From Mobula hypostoma (Eukaryota), in NCBI RefSeq assembly GCF_963921235.1, contig NC_086097.1, forward strand, positions 129,272,001 through 129,336,000: 64,000 nucleotides of DNA. The letters are read 5' to 3'. Positions 1 to 11,189 of this stretch are shown here, piece by piece. Below the pieces are notes generated by a model. It made no database searches. It worked only from the letters and a program-made list of their open reading frames with translations, and had not been told where the DNA came from. The position numbers and the translations under genes were made by a program. Position 1 is the stretch's first letter, and each line of letters starts with the position of its first letter.

Positions 1-23
1 AGCAGCTACCCTAACCACTACCA

Positions 24-238
24 GCTGGTGGTGTAGTGGCACCCACACCGGACTTCGAGGCAAGTGTTCCCAGGTTCAGATCCAGCCACTTCCTTGCCCA
101 CTTTCTGTCCACACTGGGTCGAGTGTCGAGTGAGCAACTTGTCCTTATGAAAAACAGGCAAAGAAAACACGCTAAAAAATGGCTAGGATGTCGCCCATTG
201 CGCCACAAGTCGGAGAAAGGAACAGCAACAACAACAAC
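24..238 (+). mobile_element. tRNA-derived SINE with (AAC)n tail
   Basis: Pol III A-box-like TGGTGTAGTGG near 29-39, B-box-like GGTTCAGATCC near 73-83, and an AACAGCAACAACAACAAC tail ending at about 238. Confidence 0.75.
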
Positions 239-707
239 TCTAAGGATGTGATGCAGATCTTTAAACCAAAGCTGTCTGCCCCACAGTATGTCTCTTATTT
301 CCATTTCCTGCATTCCCAAAGGAACACACCACTGAAAGATGTATTCCGAAGACTGTAAAGCCTTTTGGGATATCTTGATATCCAGAAAGGTGCTACATTC
401 AAGTGCAAGTTCTTTGGAACTTATCTTCTTTCTACTTTTATTCCTTCCTAATGTATGACATGCTGTGACTTTACAGTATCACGTGCCTTATATTGTAACC
501 TTGCAGAATTTTTTGTTATTTAGGCCTCACTGAAGGATAGTTTGAACTATAATTTACAACGTCTAAGTTATCCTATTTCTTTCCTGAGTTGTAAAGGACT
601 CAGCACGATGCACCACAGAAACTGAAGGTGATTGTTCAGCGCTTTGGGCATAGTACACAATTCATGAGTTTGTGGCTGGTTTTGTGTCCCATTTCTGGCT
701 CTCTCAA

Positions 708-995
708 AGTTCAATGTTCAAAGCCAATTTATCATCAAAGCACTTATATATCACCATATCCTAGCTTGTGATTCATTTTATTGCAGGCATTTGAGGGAAA
801 TTAAAGAAATACAACAAAATTTATGAAAAACTGTAAATGACAAAAATGGACAACTAATGTGCAAAAGAAGACAAATTGTGGAAATAATAAAATAAAGTAA
901 ATAAATAATGCTGAATGGTGGAGTCCTTGAAAGTGAGTCTGTTGGTTGTGGAGTTAGTTTAGCATTGAGGTGAGTGAAGTTATCCATGCTGGTTC
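708..995 (-). mobile_element. 3' UTR fragment of a Rex1/Babar-type LINE or derivative
   Basis: Reverse-complement similarity to the 3' end at 12600-12862, with a (TTTGAA)-like tail. Confidence 0.55.
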
Positions 996-1139
996 AGAAA
1001 CTTCATGATTAACTGTTCTGTTTTGGCTCCATTTTCATTCTTACACTGAATGAGCAAGAATTGATCAGTCCCTATGAAATTTAATATTGAGTAATTGTGC
1101 TCTTTTGTAGCAAAAAGCTCCTTACCTTTCCCACTTATA

Positions 1140-1697
1140 GACAGAGAACAGTGCAGCTGAGGTATGGGCCTTTTGGCCCACAATGTGAGTGCTGAGCATG
1201 ATTTAAAATCAAATAAATCCCTTCTGCTTGCACGCAATCTATATCCCTCCAATCCATGCATATTCATGTACCTATCTAAAAGCCCCCAAAATGCCATTTT
1301 TGTGTCTGTTTCTACTACCACTGCTAGTAGTACATTCCAGGCACCTGCCACTCTGTGTGTAAAAAAAAAAGGGCCCTGAATATCCCTTTTAAACTTTTCC
1401 CTTTTTGCTTTACAGCTATACCCTCTAAATTTCAAGATTTCTACCTTGAGAAAATGACTCAGAATATCTACCCTATCTATAATTCTCTTAATTTTATACA
1501 TTTCTATCAGGTCTCCTCTTAGCCTCTGAAGCTCCGTGGAAAATAATCCGAGTTTATCCAAATCATTATTGCTCATACCCTCTAATCCTGTTGAACCTTT
1601 TCTGACCCTCTCCAAAGCTTCCTCATCTTTCCTGTAATGTGATGGCCAGAACCACATGCAATACTCAAATGTGCAGCCTAACCAAAGTAATATACGG
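1140..1697 (-). mobile_element. CR1 LINE 3' fragment (ORF2 C-terminus plus 3' UTR), decayed
   Basis: ORF 980-1657 encodes CR1 C-terminal motifs (LGLFSTELQRLRGDLIEMYKI, FFTHRVAGAWNVL). Confidence 0.9.
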
Positions 1698-2089
1698 TAT
1701 TGTTGTGAAAGTACAAATCTTACTTTCTTCCTTGAATGGCCCGACTGTGATTTTATGATTATCTTTCATTACACTGAGGACTATTTTTTTCCTCAATATC
1801 AGCCCCTGCCACAATCTGAAAAGCAGAAATCAGACATTCTCAGGGACTATAAATGTAATCTCTGGGATTCCTTCTCTTGGTAGAATTCCTTTTGTTAACA
1901 TTAATTTCCTTAGGATATGGGGATTTCTGGCAGGTCCAGCATTTGTTTCCTATTCCTTATTGCCCTGGAACTTAATTGGTTTGCTGGACCATTCCAGGGG
2001 CATCAAAGGCAGAATGGTTTCCTATAAGCAACATACATCAAAGTTGCTGGTGAACGCAGCAGGCCAAGCAGCATCTATAGGAAGAGGCG

Positions 2090-2127
2090 CAGTCGACGTT
2101 TCAGGCCGAGACCCTTCGTCAGGACTA
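2090..2127 (-). ncRNA. Second hammerhead motif copy on the inverted arm
   Basis: Exact reverse complement of 3085-3122. Confidence 0.8.
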
Positions 2128-2418
2128 ACTGAAGGAAGAGTGAGTAAGGGATTTGAAAGCCGGAGGGGGAGGGGGAGATGCAAAATGATAGGAGAAGACA
2201 GGAGGGGGAGGGATAGAGTCGAGAGCTGGACAGGTGATAGGCAAAAGGGGATACGAGAGGATCATGGGACAGGAGGCCTAGGGAGAAAGGTGGGGGGGGG
2301 TGACTCAGAGGATGGGCAAGAGGTATATTCAGAGGGACAGAGGGAGAAAAAGGAGAGTGAGAGAAAGAATGTGTGCATAAAAAGGAGTAACAGCTAGGGT
2401 ACGAGGGGGAGGTGGGGC

Positions 2419-2712
2419 CTAGCGGAAGTTAGAGAAGTCAACGTTCATGCCATCAGGTTGGAGGCTACCCAGACGGAATATAAGGTGTTGTTCCTCCAAC
2501 CTGAGTGTGGCTTCATCTTTACAGTAGAGGAGGCCGTGGATAGACATGTCAGAATGGGAATGGGATGTGGAATTAAAATGTGTGGCCACTGGGAGATCCT
2601 GCTTTCTCTGGCGGACAGAGCGTAGATGTTCAGCAAAGCGGTCTCCCAGTCTGCGTCGGGTCTCACCAATATATAAAAGGCCACATCGGGAGCACCGGAC
2701 GCAGTATATCAC
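2419..2712 (-). pseudogene. Penelope GIY-YIG endonuclease domain (5'-truncated, frame intact)
   Basis: IYCVRCSRCGLLYIGETRRRLGDRFAEHLRSV...VATHFN...EEQHLIFRLGSLQPDGMN matches the GIY-YIG pattern with the CxxC and His residues typical of Penelope-like elements. Confidence 0.93.
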
Positions 2713-3084
2713 CCCAGTCGACTCACCTTATATTCCGTCTGGGTAGCCTCCAACCTGATGGCATGAACATTGACTTCTCTAACTTCCGCTAGGCCCCACC
2801 TCCCCCTCGTACCCTAGCTGTTACTCCTTTTTATGCACACATTCTTTCTCTCACTCTCCTTTTTCTCCCTCTGTCCCTCTGAATATACCTCTTGCCCATC
2901 CTCTGGGTCACCCCCCCCCCATCTTTCTCCCTAGGCCTCCTGTCCCATGATCCTCTCGTATCCCCTTTTGCCTATCACCTGTCCAGCTCTCGGCTCTATC
3001 CCTCCCCCTCCTGTCTTCTCCTATCATTTTGCATCTCCCCCTCCCCCTCCGGCTTTCAAATCCCTTACTCACTCTTCCTTCAGT

Positions 3085-3122
3085 TAGTCCTGACGAAGGG
3101 TCTCGGCCTGAAACGTCGACTG
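3085..3122 (+). ncRNA. Minimal type I hammerhead ribozyme motif in Penelope 3' repeat
   Basis: TAGTC-CTGACGA-AGG-GTCTCGG-CCT-GAAAC-GTC-GACTG. Contains the core CUGANGA and GAAA, a GUC cleavage triplet, stem I TAGTC/GACTG, a short stem II and a palindromic ACGU in place of stem III. Confidence 0.8.
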
Positions 3123-3799
3123 CGCCTCTTCCTATAGATGCTGCTTGGCCTGCTGCGTTCACCAGCAACTTTGATGTATGTTGCTTGAATTTCCAGCATC
3201 TGCAGAATTCCTGTTGTTATGGTTTCCTATAACTTCAATTAAGTACTTCAGTTACCTGCTGTCAAAATGTTCATTTTATTAATGACATCTTGTTTTTTTC
3301 ATTTGCTACCTTCGTTAAATTATTATATTCCTACACTTTTGTTTATCTACTACTATTGTTAATTATATCTGCACTTGACCACCATAGTATAACTACATAA
3401 GCAAGTACTATCAAATATCTTTGGACTTACAGCTTTTACCAATGTTTTAAAATATTCAAGTAACTTCTTTTCTAGTTCACCATGAATAGCCTCACGTTTC
3501 TGTTCACTGAAATATATCCACCAGAGTTCTGCCCAGTCAGCTGATTTACAAATGTGTCTTTGTAATTGCTTTACTAATTGTACTTTTAATACCACTAGTT
3601 TGTATCAGAAATTTGAATTCATTGCTCACAATTGTATTTATATCAATAATGCTAAAAATATTGTTAATTATGGCTTCAGCAATGATCCATTTTGGAATTC
3701 TTCCAGGCATTCATTACAGTTTGTATACACCCCTGCTTGTCGTCATCTGTCCCTGAAGCAATATTCCTAACAGGCCGATAACTTGCCTTTCTTTGGGAA

Positions 3800-4160
3800 A
3801 TTTATTCTTGGCTAGAAATCAGAGAAAATTCTGGGTTCCTGTCCCACTGCGGAAACCTGAGTATGAAAATTCTAGACTCTTACAGAGGGAGCGTCAGGGG
3901 AGCTGTTTTGCAGATGTGATGATAAATTGAAGTGCCTACTGCATTCATAGTATCATCTTAGTAGAAAACTGCAGATCCTATCCTGCCATCCTGGCCAATA
4001 TTTATTTGCCGCTCAACATAACTGGTCACATTTCTCTTTATGGGCACTTGCTTTGTGCAAATGGGCTGCTGCATTTCCAACATTGTTTTCCATATCAGTG
4101 ATCACATTTCAAAAGTGTTTAGCAAAGGAATGTAGAAGATATCACATAAATATCTCTTCT
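3800..4160 (+). mobile_element. Ancient Deu-domain SINE remnant
   Basis: TCCTGGCCAATATTTAT...CTTGCTTTGTGCAAATGGGCTGCTGCATTTCC resembles the Deu domain; related copies occur elsewhere in the window. Confidence 0.6.
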
Positions 4161-5973
4161 CCTTAGGCTTTGATTTTAACCAGTTGTTTGTTATGTGGAA
4201 ACGTATGAACTGCAGCCTGAAAATCTATATCAAACACATCATTTGACATTCACTTGAGTCTGACATTATTCAATTACTAAATAAACTTCAAACTGGTCAT
4301 TATAAATCCATGATGACTCCCCTAATCAGCTCGATTACTCTGTGCATGGTCGTTCACACATTTCCTGTAAAGGGTTGTAGACTACCATTTCTTGTTTTCT
4401 CTTTCACACCTCAGTTCAGTAGTATTTACTTTTACAATTTCCAATCTTCATTCCTTGAAGTGAGAGTGCTTTCGAAGATCATGTCTAAAGAAAAGGTGCA
4501 CTCATTTATAATAATGGGGAGAACCTCCTGGACCCAAAGACTTTTCGGTATTTATCACAAACAATGTTTTCCTGTTTAGTGAGTTCATTATTGAATCATT
4601 ATTTATTCCCCTGGAATGTCAGAAGTTCAATTCAGTCAAACTAACCACAACCAACACATAGTTGTTTTTCACTGGTGAATTGGAAAACAGATTAATAAAA
4701 GTGAGAAGCTATTTCATTAATTGGCTCAACAAAGCAAAAAATAATAGCTTCATAAAATTATTTTCCTTATTTGTATTACTAAATTCTTACTTTAGTACAG
4801 CAACTGCAATATTATAACACAGTACATAAATCAATATATTTCATTCAATGATGTGTCATTTGTAAATCGGGTATTGATGAGGTGTTGACATAAAGCTAAT
4901 TAATCTGAAGCCTCACTGTAATATTCATATGTTTCCTTAATTATGTTGTTCATCTTTGTCCACAAACATTGGCAGACAGTTGCCACTGCAAGGATTATGA
5001 AGTGACAAAGCTGTAAGTATAACTTCCGTATATTAAGTAAAAAATAAATAAATATTCCTTCAACCCTGGTAAAGGCATAAAAATAATCCAAGAAATACTA
5101 GTAGTCTACTTCAATGGTGCTTTATTTCCCCAGCATAATGATTCCACATACTCATTAGGGGTACAGTAGTCCATCATTGTTTGATGGATTTGTTTGCAAA
5201 CAATATATTTTATCCCGTATTCCTAGGCTAGGACCAAACTCATAAATGATTATGCAAAGTTACATTTGCATTGGTAGGCAAGCAGGACAAAATGACATAC
5301 CAAATATATTGAGCCCATTGTAATTCTTTGATCATTTTAGGATTACATATTTCACTGAAGACTGAGGTCAAGAGAGAGAAAAATGCTGTTGCTTTTCTAA
5401 TAAAAACCACCATGTTATTTTCATAGATACATTTTGATCACCAGAAAAGCCAAGCTTTTCAGATTTGGAAAGATGTTTTTAACTATTTGAAAAAAAATAT
5501 TTTTACAGTTTAACAATACTTTGTAGTAAAATGAACATCTTTTGTATAGAATTTATGTGTAATTTATATTTTTCTTGCAAATGCTCTCTGTATATGGAGA
5601 TATGCCTGGGATGCTACTGCAATCAAGTTTGTTACTGCACCTGTGAATAAGTGTATTTGTGCATGTGACAATAAAATTTACTTTGATTTTGACAATACTT
5701 TTGGTTCTCTTCTCATCAACAGATTCCTATCTACTAAATTTAATGTTTGGAACCTTGGTTTGGTGGAGAATTTTTTTAAAAACTGTTCCAGTTTATAACA
5801 AATGGGCCAATCATAAGGTAAATATCCCTTCTAAAGTAACCTGACATCAAGAATATCAATATACTTAGACAGATTCAGACCCAACACAGCACAGGCAGAC
5901 CTTAATGGAAACAGTTGATGCTGGACTTTCACTATTCCCTGTTTCCTGCTGGTAGCTTATAGTAATAAGTTTA

Positions 5974-6908
5974 TAGTCATAGTCATAGTCATAGTCATAC
6001 CTTATTGATCCCGGGGGAAATTGGTTTTCGTTATAGTTGCACCATAAATAATAAATAATAATAGAACCATAAATAGTTAAATAGTAATATGTAAATTATG
6101 CCAGTAAATTATGAAATAAGTCCAGCACCAGCCTATTGGCTCAGGGTGTCTGACCCTCCAAGGGAGGAGTTGTAAAGTTTGATGGCCACAGGCAGGAATG
6201 ACTTCCTATGATGCTCTGTGCTGCATCTCGGTGGAATGAGTCTCTGGCTGAATGTACTCCTGTGCCCACCCAGTACATTATGTAGTGGATGGGAGACATT
6301 GACCAAGATGGCATGCAACTTAGACAGCATCCTCTTTTCAGACACCACTGTCAGAGAGTCCAGTTCCATCCCCACAACATCACTGGCCTTACGAATGAGT
6401 TCGTTGATTCTGTTGGTGTCTGCTACCCTCAGCCTGCTGCCCCAGCACACAACAGCAAACATGATAGCACTGGCCGCCACAGACTCGTACAACATCCTCA
6501 GCATCGTCCAGCAGATGTTAAAGGACCTCAGTCTCCTCAGGAAATAGAGACGGCTCTGACCCTTCTTGTAGACAGCCTCAGTGTTCTTTGACCAGTCCAG
6601 TTTATTGTCAATTAGTATTCCCAGGTATTTGTAATCCTCCACCATATCCACACTGACCCCCTGGAATAAAACAGGGGTCACCGGTACCTTAGCTCTCCTC
6701 AGGTCTACCACCAGCTCCTTAGTCTTTTTCACATCAAGCTGCAGATAATTCTGCTCACACCATGTGACAAAGTTTCCTACCGTAGCCCTGTACTCAGCCT
6801 CACCTCCCTTGCTGATGCAACCAACTATGGCAGAGTCATCCAAAAACTTCTGAAGCTGACAAGACTCTGTGCAGTAGTTGAAGTCCGAGGTGTAAATGGT
6901 GAAGAGAG
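5974..6908 (-). mobile_element. Rex1/Babar-type LINE, 5'-truncated (RT C-terminal half plus 3' UTR)
   Basis: 263-aa ORF with LQKFLDDSAIVGCI, KKTKELVVDLRR, YKYLG and KKGQSRLYFLRRLRSF; (TATGAC)n tail at 5974-5998. Confidence 0.88.
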
Positions 6909-7402
6909 ATACCAGCACAAACAAAGTTAGGAATTGCTCTCCAAATCAGCAACCACCAAATTAATGCAATGCTAATGTGGGGGTACTGAATTGTATTGCT
7001 CTCCAGAGGATATTTTCATAATGACTATCTATAGCAATGTAGCCAATCATAAATTTTCTGCCAGATTAATCCTTGAATTTTCAAATAGATAGAAAAAGTC
7101 AACTGAGGAAAAGCAAATATTGACATAACTCGCAGAACAGCACCTGAAAAAAGAAACCTTTCCTGACATAATCATGGAAACTCAGTAATAAAACAGAGGA
7201 CTGTGCTTGAATATTTAGAAGAATTTAATTCATGAAGATAATAATGTTTGTATGCATTACCGTGCAAAAATAGCATGAGAATGATGGTAATCAGCAAAGG
7301 AAGGGTTTGCAATTAAGTAGCATTTCTCATAACATCAGGATCTGTGAAGCATTTAACAATGAATAAAAAACCTTGAAATGTAGTCACAGTTGTAATATCG
7401 AG

Positions 7403-7700
7403 AATAGAATCAGATTCAGAATCAGAATCAGCTTTATTATCACCTGCATGTGACGTGAAATTTGTTAACTTAGCAGCAGCAGTTCAATGCGGTACATAAT
7501 CCAGCAGAGCAAGAGAAAAAAACAATAATAATAAATAAAATAAAACATAATAATAAACAAACAAGTAAATCAATTGAATAGGTTTTTAAAAATGTGCAAA
7601 AACAGAAATACTGTATATTAAAAAAAGTGAGGTAGTGTCCAAAGATTCAATGTCCATTTAGGAATCGGATGGCAGAGGGGAAGAAGCTGTTCCTGAATTA
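7403..7700 (-). mobile_element. Rex1/Babar-type LINE 3' end with (ATTCTG)n tail
   Basis: Same sequence family as 57794-58335, 61778-62021 and 24400-24908. Confidence 0.75.
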
Positions 7701-8429
7701 CAACAAATTACAACAGGATCTTTTACAAACTTTTAGAGTCTAACCTGGAAGAGACGCCTCGGCTAGAGTAGTACAACACTCTGAAATATGGCCTAGGTTA
7801 TGTGCGCAAGTGATGTTCTTTCTCCTTCCAGGATATCCTGCAGGTGAGGGGTTTGACCTCAACTTCATTCCAAGGAGCCACCCGAGACTTATTGTGCATC
7901 GTCATCTCAGCCAGGTTATTTAAAAGTCTAATATTAAACTAGTCGTCTGTATTCCAGTGGGTTATCTATTTTAGATGTGGAGTCTGAACTCATCAATATT
8001 ATTGTGCCCCATACTGAATGGTGATGAATGTCTTATCCGAAGTATTGCAGTTGATCAGTCCCAATCCCAACCCCACCTCTTGTTGGCCCACTCCTTTAAA
8101 TATCTCGCCAATTTTCCCTTAAACCTCTGTTCATGAATCTCCACTAACTCCCTGGGCAGTTCATACTATACCTATACTTTTACTGCTTCAAGTGATCACT
8201 CCTGTAAACCATGCTCATTAAGACAGTGGGAATTTGAATCCAAATTTGTAAATAGTAAAGAGGATGGAGATGCTCTGGAAAGAACAAGAGGAATCAAATG
8301 TGATTGATTGGGTTACTGATGTTGACAGCATTTTGTGGAGCAAGCTCCTAGAAATAGGAGATGTGCTTGGTTTCGTTTTTTTGCTCCTATATTCAATGTC
8401 ATGCAAGAGTCACAGATTGTCACTATGGA

Positions 8430-8800
8430 CTTGTGGGGAGACTAATGTACCAATAATCAAAACAACCAACAGGTCAGAACTAGGAAATTATAAATCCATT
8501 ATCTTGACTCTAGTTATAGGCAAATCGCTGGAGGGCATCATTAGAGATAGTCTGTGTGACCACCTGGACAGGCAAGGAGTCATTAGAGACACTCTCATCA
8601 TGGCTTCTGAAAAGGATATTTATGGCTCAGCAACCTGATTTGATTATCCAGAGGAAATTACTTGGTTGTGGAATGAAGGTGCCCTGTTGGTACTGGTATT
8701 TGGAATTTCCTAATGTTCACTCTAGGTTACTTTTTGAGATTGAGACATATCCAGGATTATATTATGACTTGATTTTATTCCAATTAGTAGAAGTGGTCAT
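8430..8800 (+). mobile_element. Old CR1 RT fragment
   Basis: Translation NVPIIK...GNYKSIILTLVIGKSLEGIIRD resembles CR1 NVTPLFK...GNYRPVSLTSVVGK. Confidence 0.7.
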
Positions 8801-9584
8801 TAATATGTTTATGTATAGAGAATGGTCATTGTGTTCCTCAGGAATAGGTTTTAAGATCAGGCAAGGTCTAGAGGAAGGACCCATTTCCCTTAGCACAGAG
8901 GTCAGTAAGTTATTAGAAGTGAGTTCGGGGTTTGTTTTACCATGGAGGTGGAGGTGAGCTCTGGAACTGACAACCTGAAAGAATTTTGAGGCACTGACTC
9001 TCTTCAGATAGAAAGGGGCTGGATGTACATGTGAAGAGCTACCCGTCTCATCAGAGTACAATACAGGAGGCTATTCAGCCCTATGACTGTGTGACAGTCC
9101 ATGTGAAAGGCAATCTATTTGTTTCTTTTACACCCGTGTTTTCCTCAATATTTCTGCAATATCATTTTTACTTTCAATTATTCAACCAACATATATAATT
9201 CGAAGACAAACCATACATTCTGTGAATTACTCTTTCTTCATTGCTTTGGGTCCTTTTGGAAATCATCTTAAATCTGTGCCTTCTTGTTATTATTACTTCA
9301 GCTGCACAAAACAGGTTGCATTTCTTCATGTCACTTAAACCCCTTTGGATTTTAAACATGTTGCTCATGTTGCTCCATTCAAATATTAATAATAATATTC
9401 ATTATCTTGTAAATCTTGTGCTTAAATCATGTTGGTGTGTAGCCTGCGCTCTCTTTTGGGATGTCGATTATGGGGCTCCGTTGTAGTTTCAATATATGTT
9501 TAGATTTTTCCCTGGAATCTTTTGGTAAATGTTTTCAACATAAAGTAATTTTGAAACCATAATTTTTGTATCAGTAATGTACTT

Positions 9585-9940
9585 TTCTTTATTCATTCAA
9601 GGGATTTGGGCTTTGGAGACTGAGTTACCATTAATGTGTCCATCCCTAATTGCATCTGAGAAAGTGGTGACGAGCTGCAATCTTGAATCACTCCAGCCCT
9701 TGGGGTTTGGGTATACCCACAATGGTGTTGGGGAGAGAGAGTTTCAGGATTCTGAGCTGGTGGTGGTCAATGAATGGTGATATATTTCAAAGTCAGGGTG
9801 ATATGTGACTTGAAGAGCAACTTTCAGATGGTGGTGAACCCATGTTTTTGCTGCATTTGTCCTTCTAGCTGGTAGAGATCATGGTCTGGAAGTTGAGTTA
9901 CTGCAGTGCATCCTGTAGGTGATACAGACCGCTGTACCAT
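9585..9940 (-). mobile_element. Old CR1-type LINE 3' end
   Basis: Reverse-complement similarity to 22900-23230 (CACCAC...AATTAGGGA...AAT motif). Confidence 0.5.
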
Positions 9941-11061
9941 CATTGCACCAGTACACAACCTCCCAGTCTCTCCTCCCTTATGCCACAAACCCAGAGAGGG
10001 GACCTATACACCAGTATTTACAGTATTCCTTTCTCCCTCATGGGATTCCTTAGCTTTAACTGCATTTATACCATTTGCCTCAACTGCTCCTGTGGGTAAC
10101 AAATTCTGCATTCTAATTCCTCTCTGGGGAAAAGAAACTTTCCTTGGATATTACTGGATTTATAGCATCTATGGTCCTTTGAATGTTACAATATGATTGC
10201 AGCAATAATTGTATTTGTAACTTAGTATTTATACATCTTTAACACTGAGGATTAATTTCACTGGAGTGCCAAATCATTTTCCACAATCACTTGAACCTTT
10301 GGAGAAATTGTCGATCTATAACCAGTGGCTTCACATGGATTAAAATTAAAACAAAATGTTACTACAGATTGGGATCACGCAAGAAGATTTTTGATTCTAA
10401 GCAAAAAAAAAGTGGAAGTCAAACCAAATTAAACATATAATTTCACAGACAAATAGGGTTATAAAGCACAGAAACAGGCCATTTAGCTAATATTGTCCAT
10501 GCTGACCTTACTGAGCTAGTCAGTCCAGATTTTTTGTCTGTAATGCTGGTGTTTAGTTATATTATTCCTTGGAAGAATCTGGAAGGAAGATGAAGATAAG
10601 AGCTCAGGCAGCCTTTGCCTAGATAGCACCACAGCCTTTGGCTCTTCACCATCAAATCTTGGCCCACACCAGCTCCCATGATCAAGCCTCAAACTCCCAA
10701 TTATGGCCTTGTCCTCCCACCCACCTAACTCTGACTCTCACCCAGCAGATAGTTAAGACCCACCCACATCTTAAACCCATGCTCAAATATTAATCTTAAA
10801 CTGCAGATGCTGGAAATATAAATAGAAAATACCTGAGGTACTTGAGTATTTGCAGTAGCTGCAGAGGGAGAAAAAATGTTAACATGTCAAATAATGAACT
10901 CTACTTCAGGTTTTATAACATAAGTGGTGGAATTTTATTACAGAAGCTACTGATTGGTACGTGCAGTGTAGTTTCCAACTAAAGTTAAACTGTCTTGATT
11001 CCTCTGGATGTGTGGTTCAGTTGTTCCTCAAGGCAGCAAGGCAGACCTAGTATTATCCAAC

Positions 11062-11185
11062 CAACACACACAAAATATACTGGTGGAATGCAGCAGGCTA
11101 GGTAGCATCTATAGGAAGAGGTACAGTTGACATTTCGGGCCAAGACCCTTCGTCAGGACTAACTGAAAGAAGAGATAGTAAGAGT
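11062..11185 (-). mobile_element. Penelope 3' repeat fragment with variant hammerhead motif (11124-11161)
   Basis: Similar to 2030-2150; minus strand reads TAGTCCTGACGAAGGGTCTTGGCCCGAAATGTCAACTG. Confidence 0.8.
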
Positions 11186-11189
11186 ATTG

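Larger units (their letters stand above)
2028..3218. mobile_element. Penelope-like retroelement, fold-back insertion with 14-bp TSD
   Basis: Inverted arms at about 2026-2487 and 2724-3185 are nearly identical. ATGGTTTCCTATAA is duplicated at 2014-2027 and 3219-3232. GIY-YIG coding sequence lies on the minus strand. Confidence 0.95.

Noticed and set aside
24..100. tRNA gene (also SINE heads at 35910, 38714 and 45716)
   Set aside because: A/B boxes are present but there is no full cloverleaf, and each continues into a SINE body and tail.
1960..3232. ORFs 1960-2397, 2908-3168, 2892-3137 and 3029-3232 as genes
   Set aside because: They are readings of the Penelope 3' repeat on either strand and recur in other copies (e.g. 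39522-39759).
6133..6924. 263-aa ORF as a functional or domesticated RT gene
   Set aside because: 5'-truncated within RT, start codon comes from flanking DNA, and the LINE 3' tail is present; consistent with a young dead-on-arrival copy.
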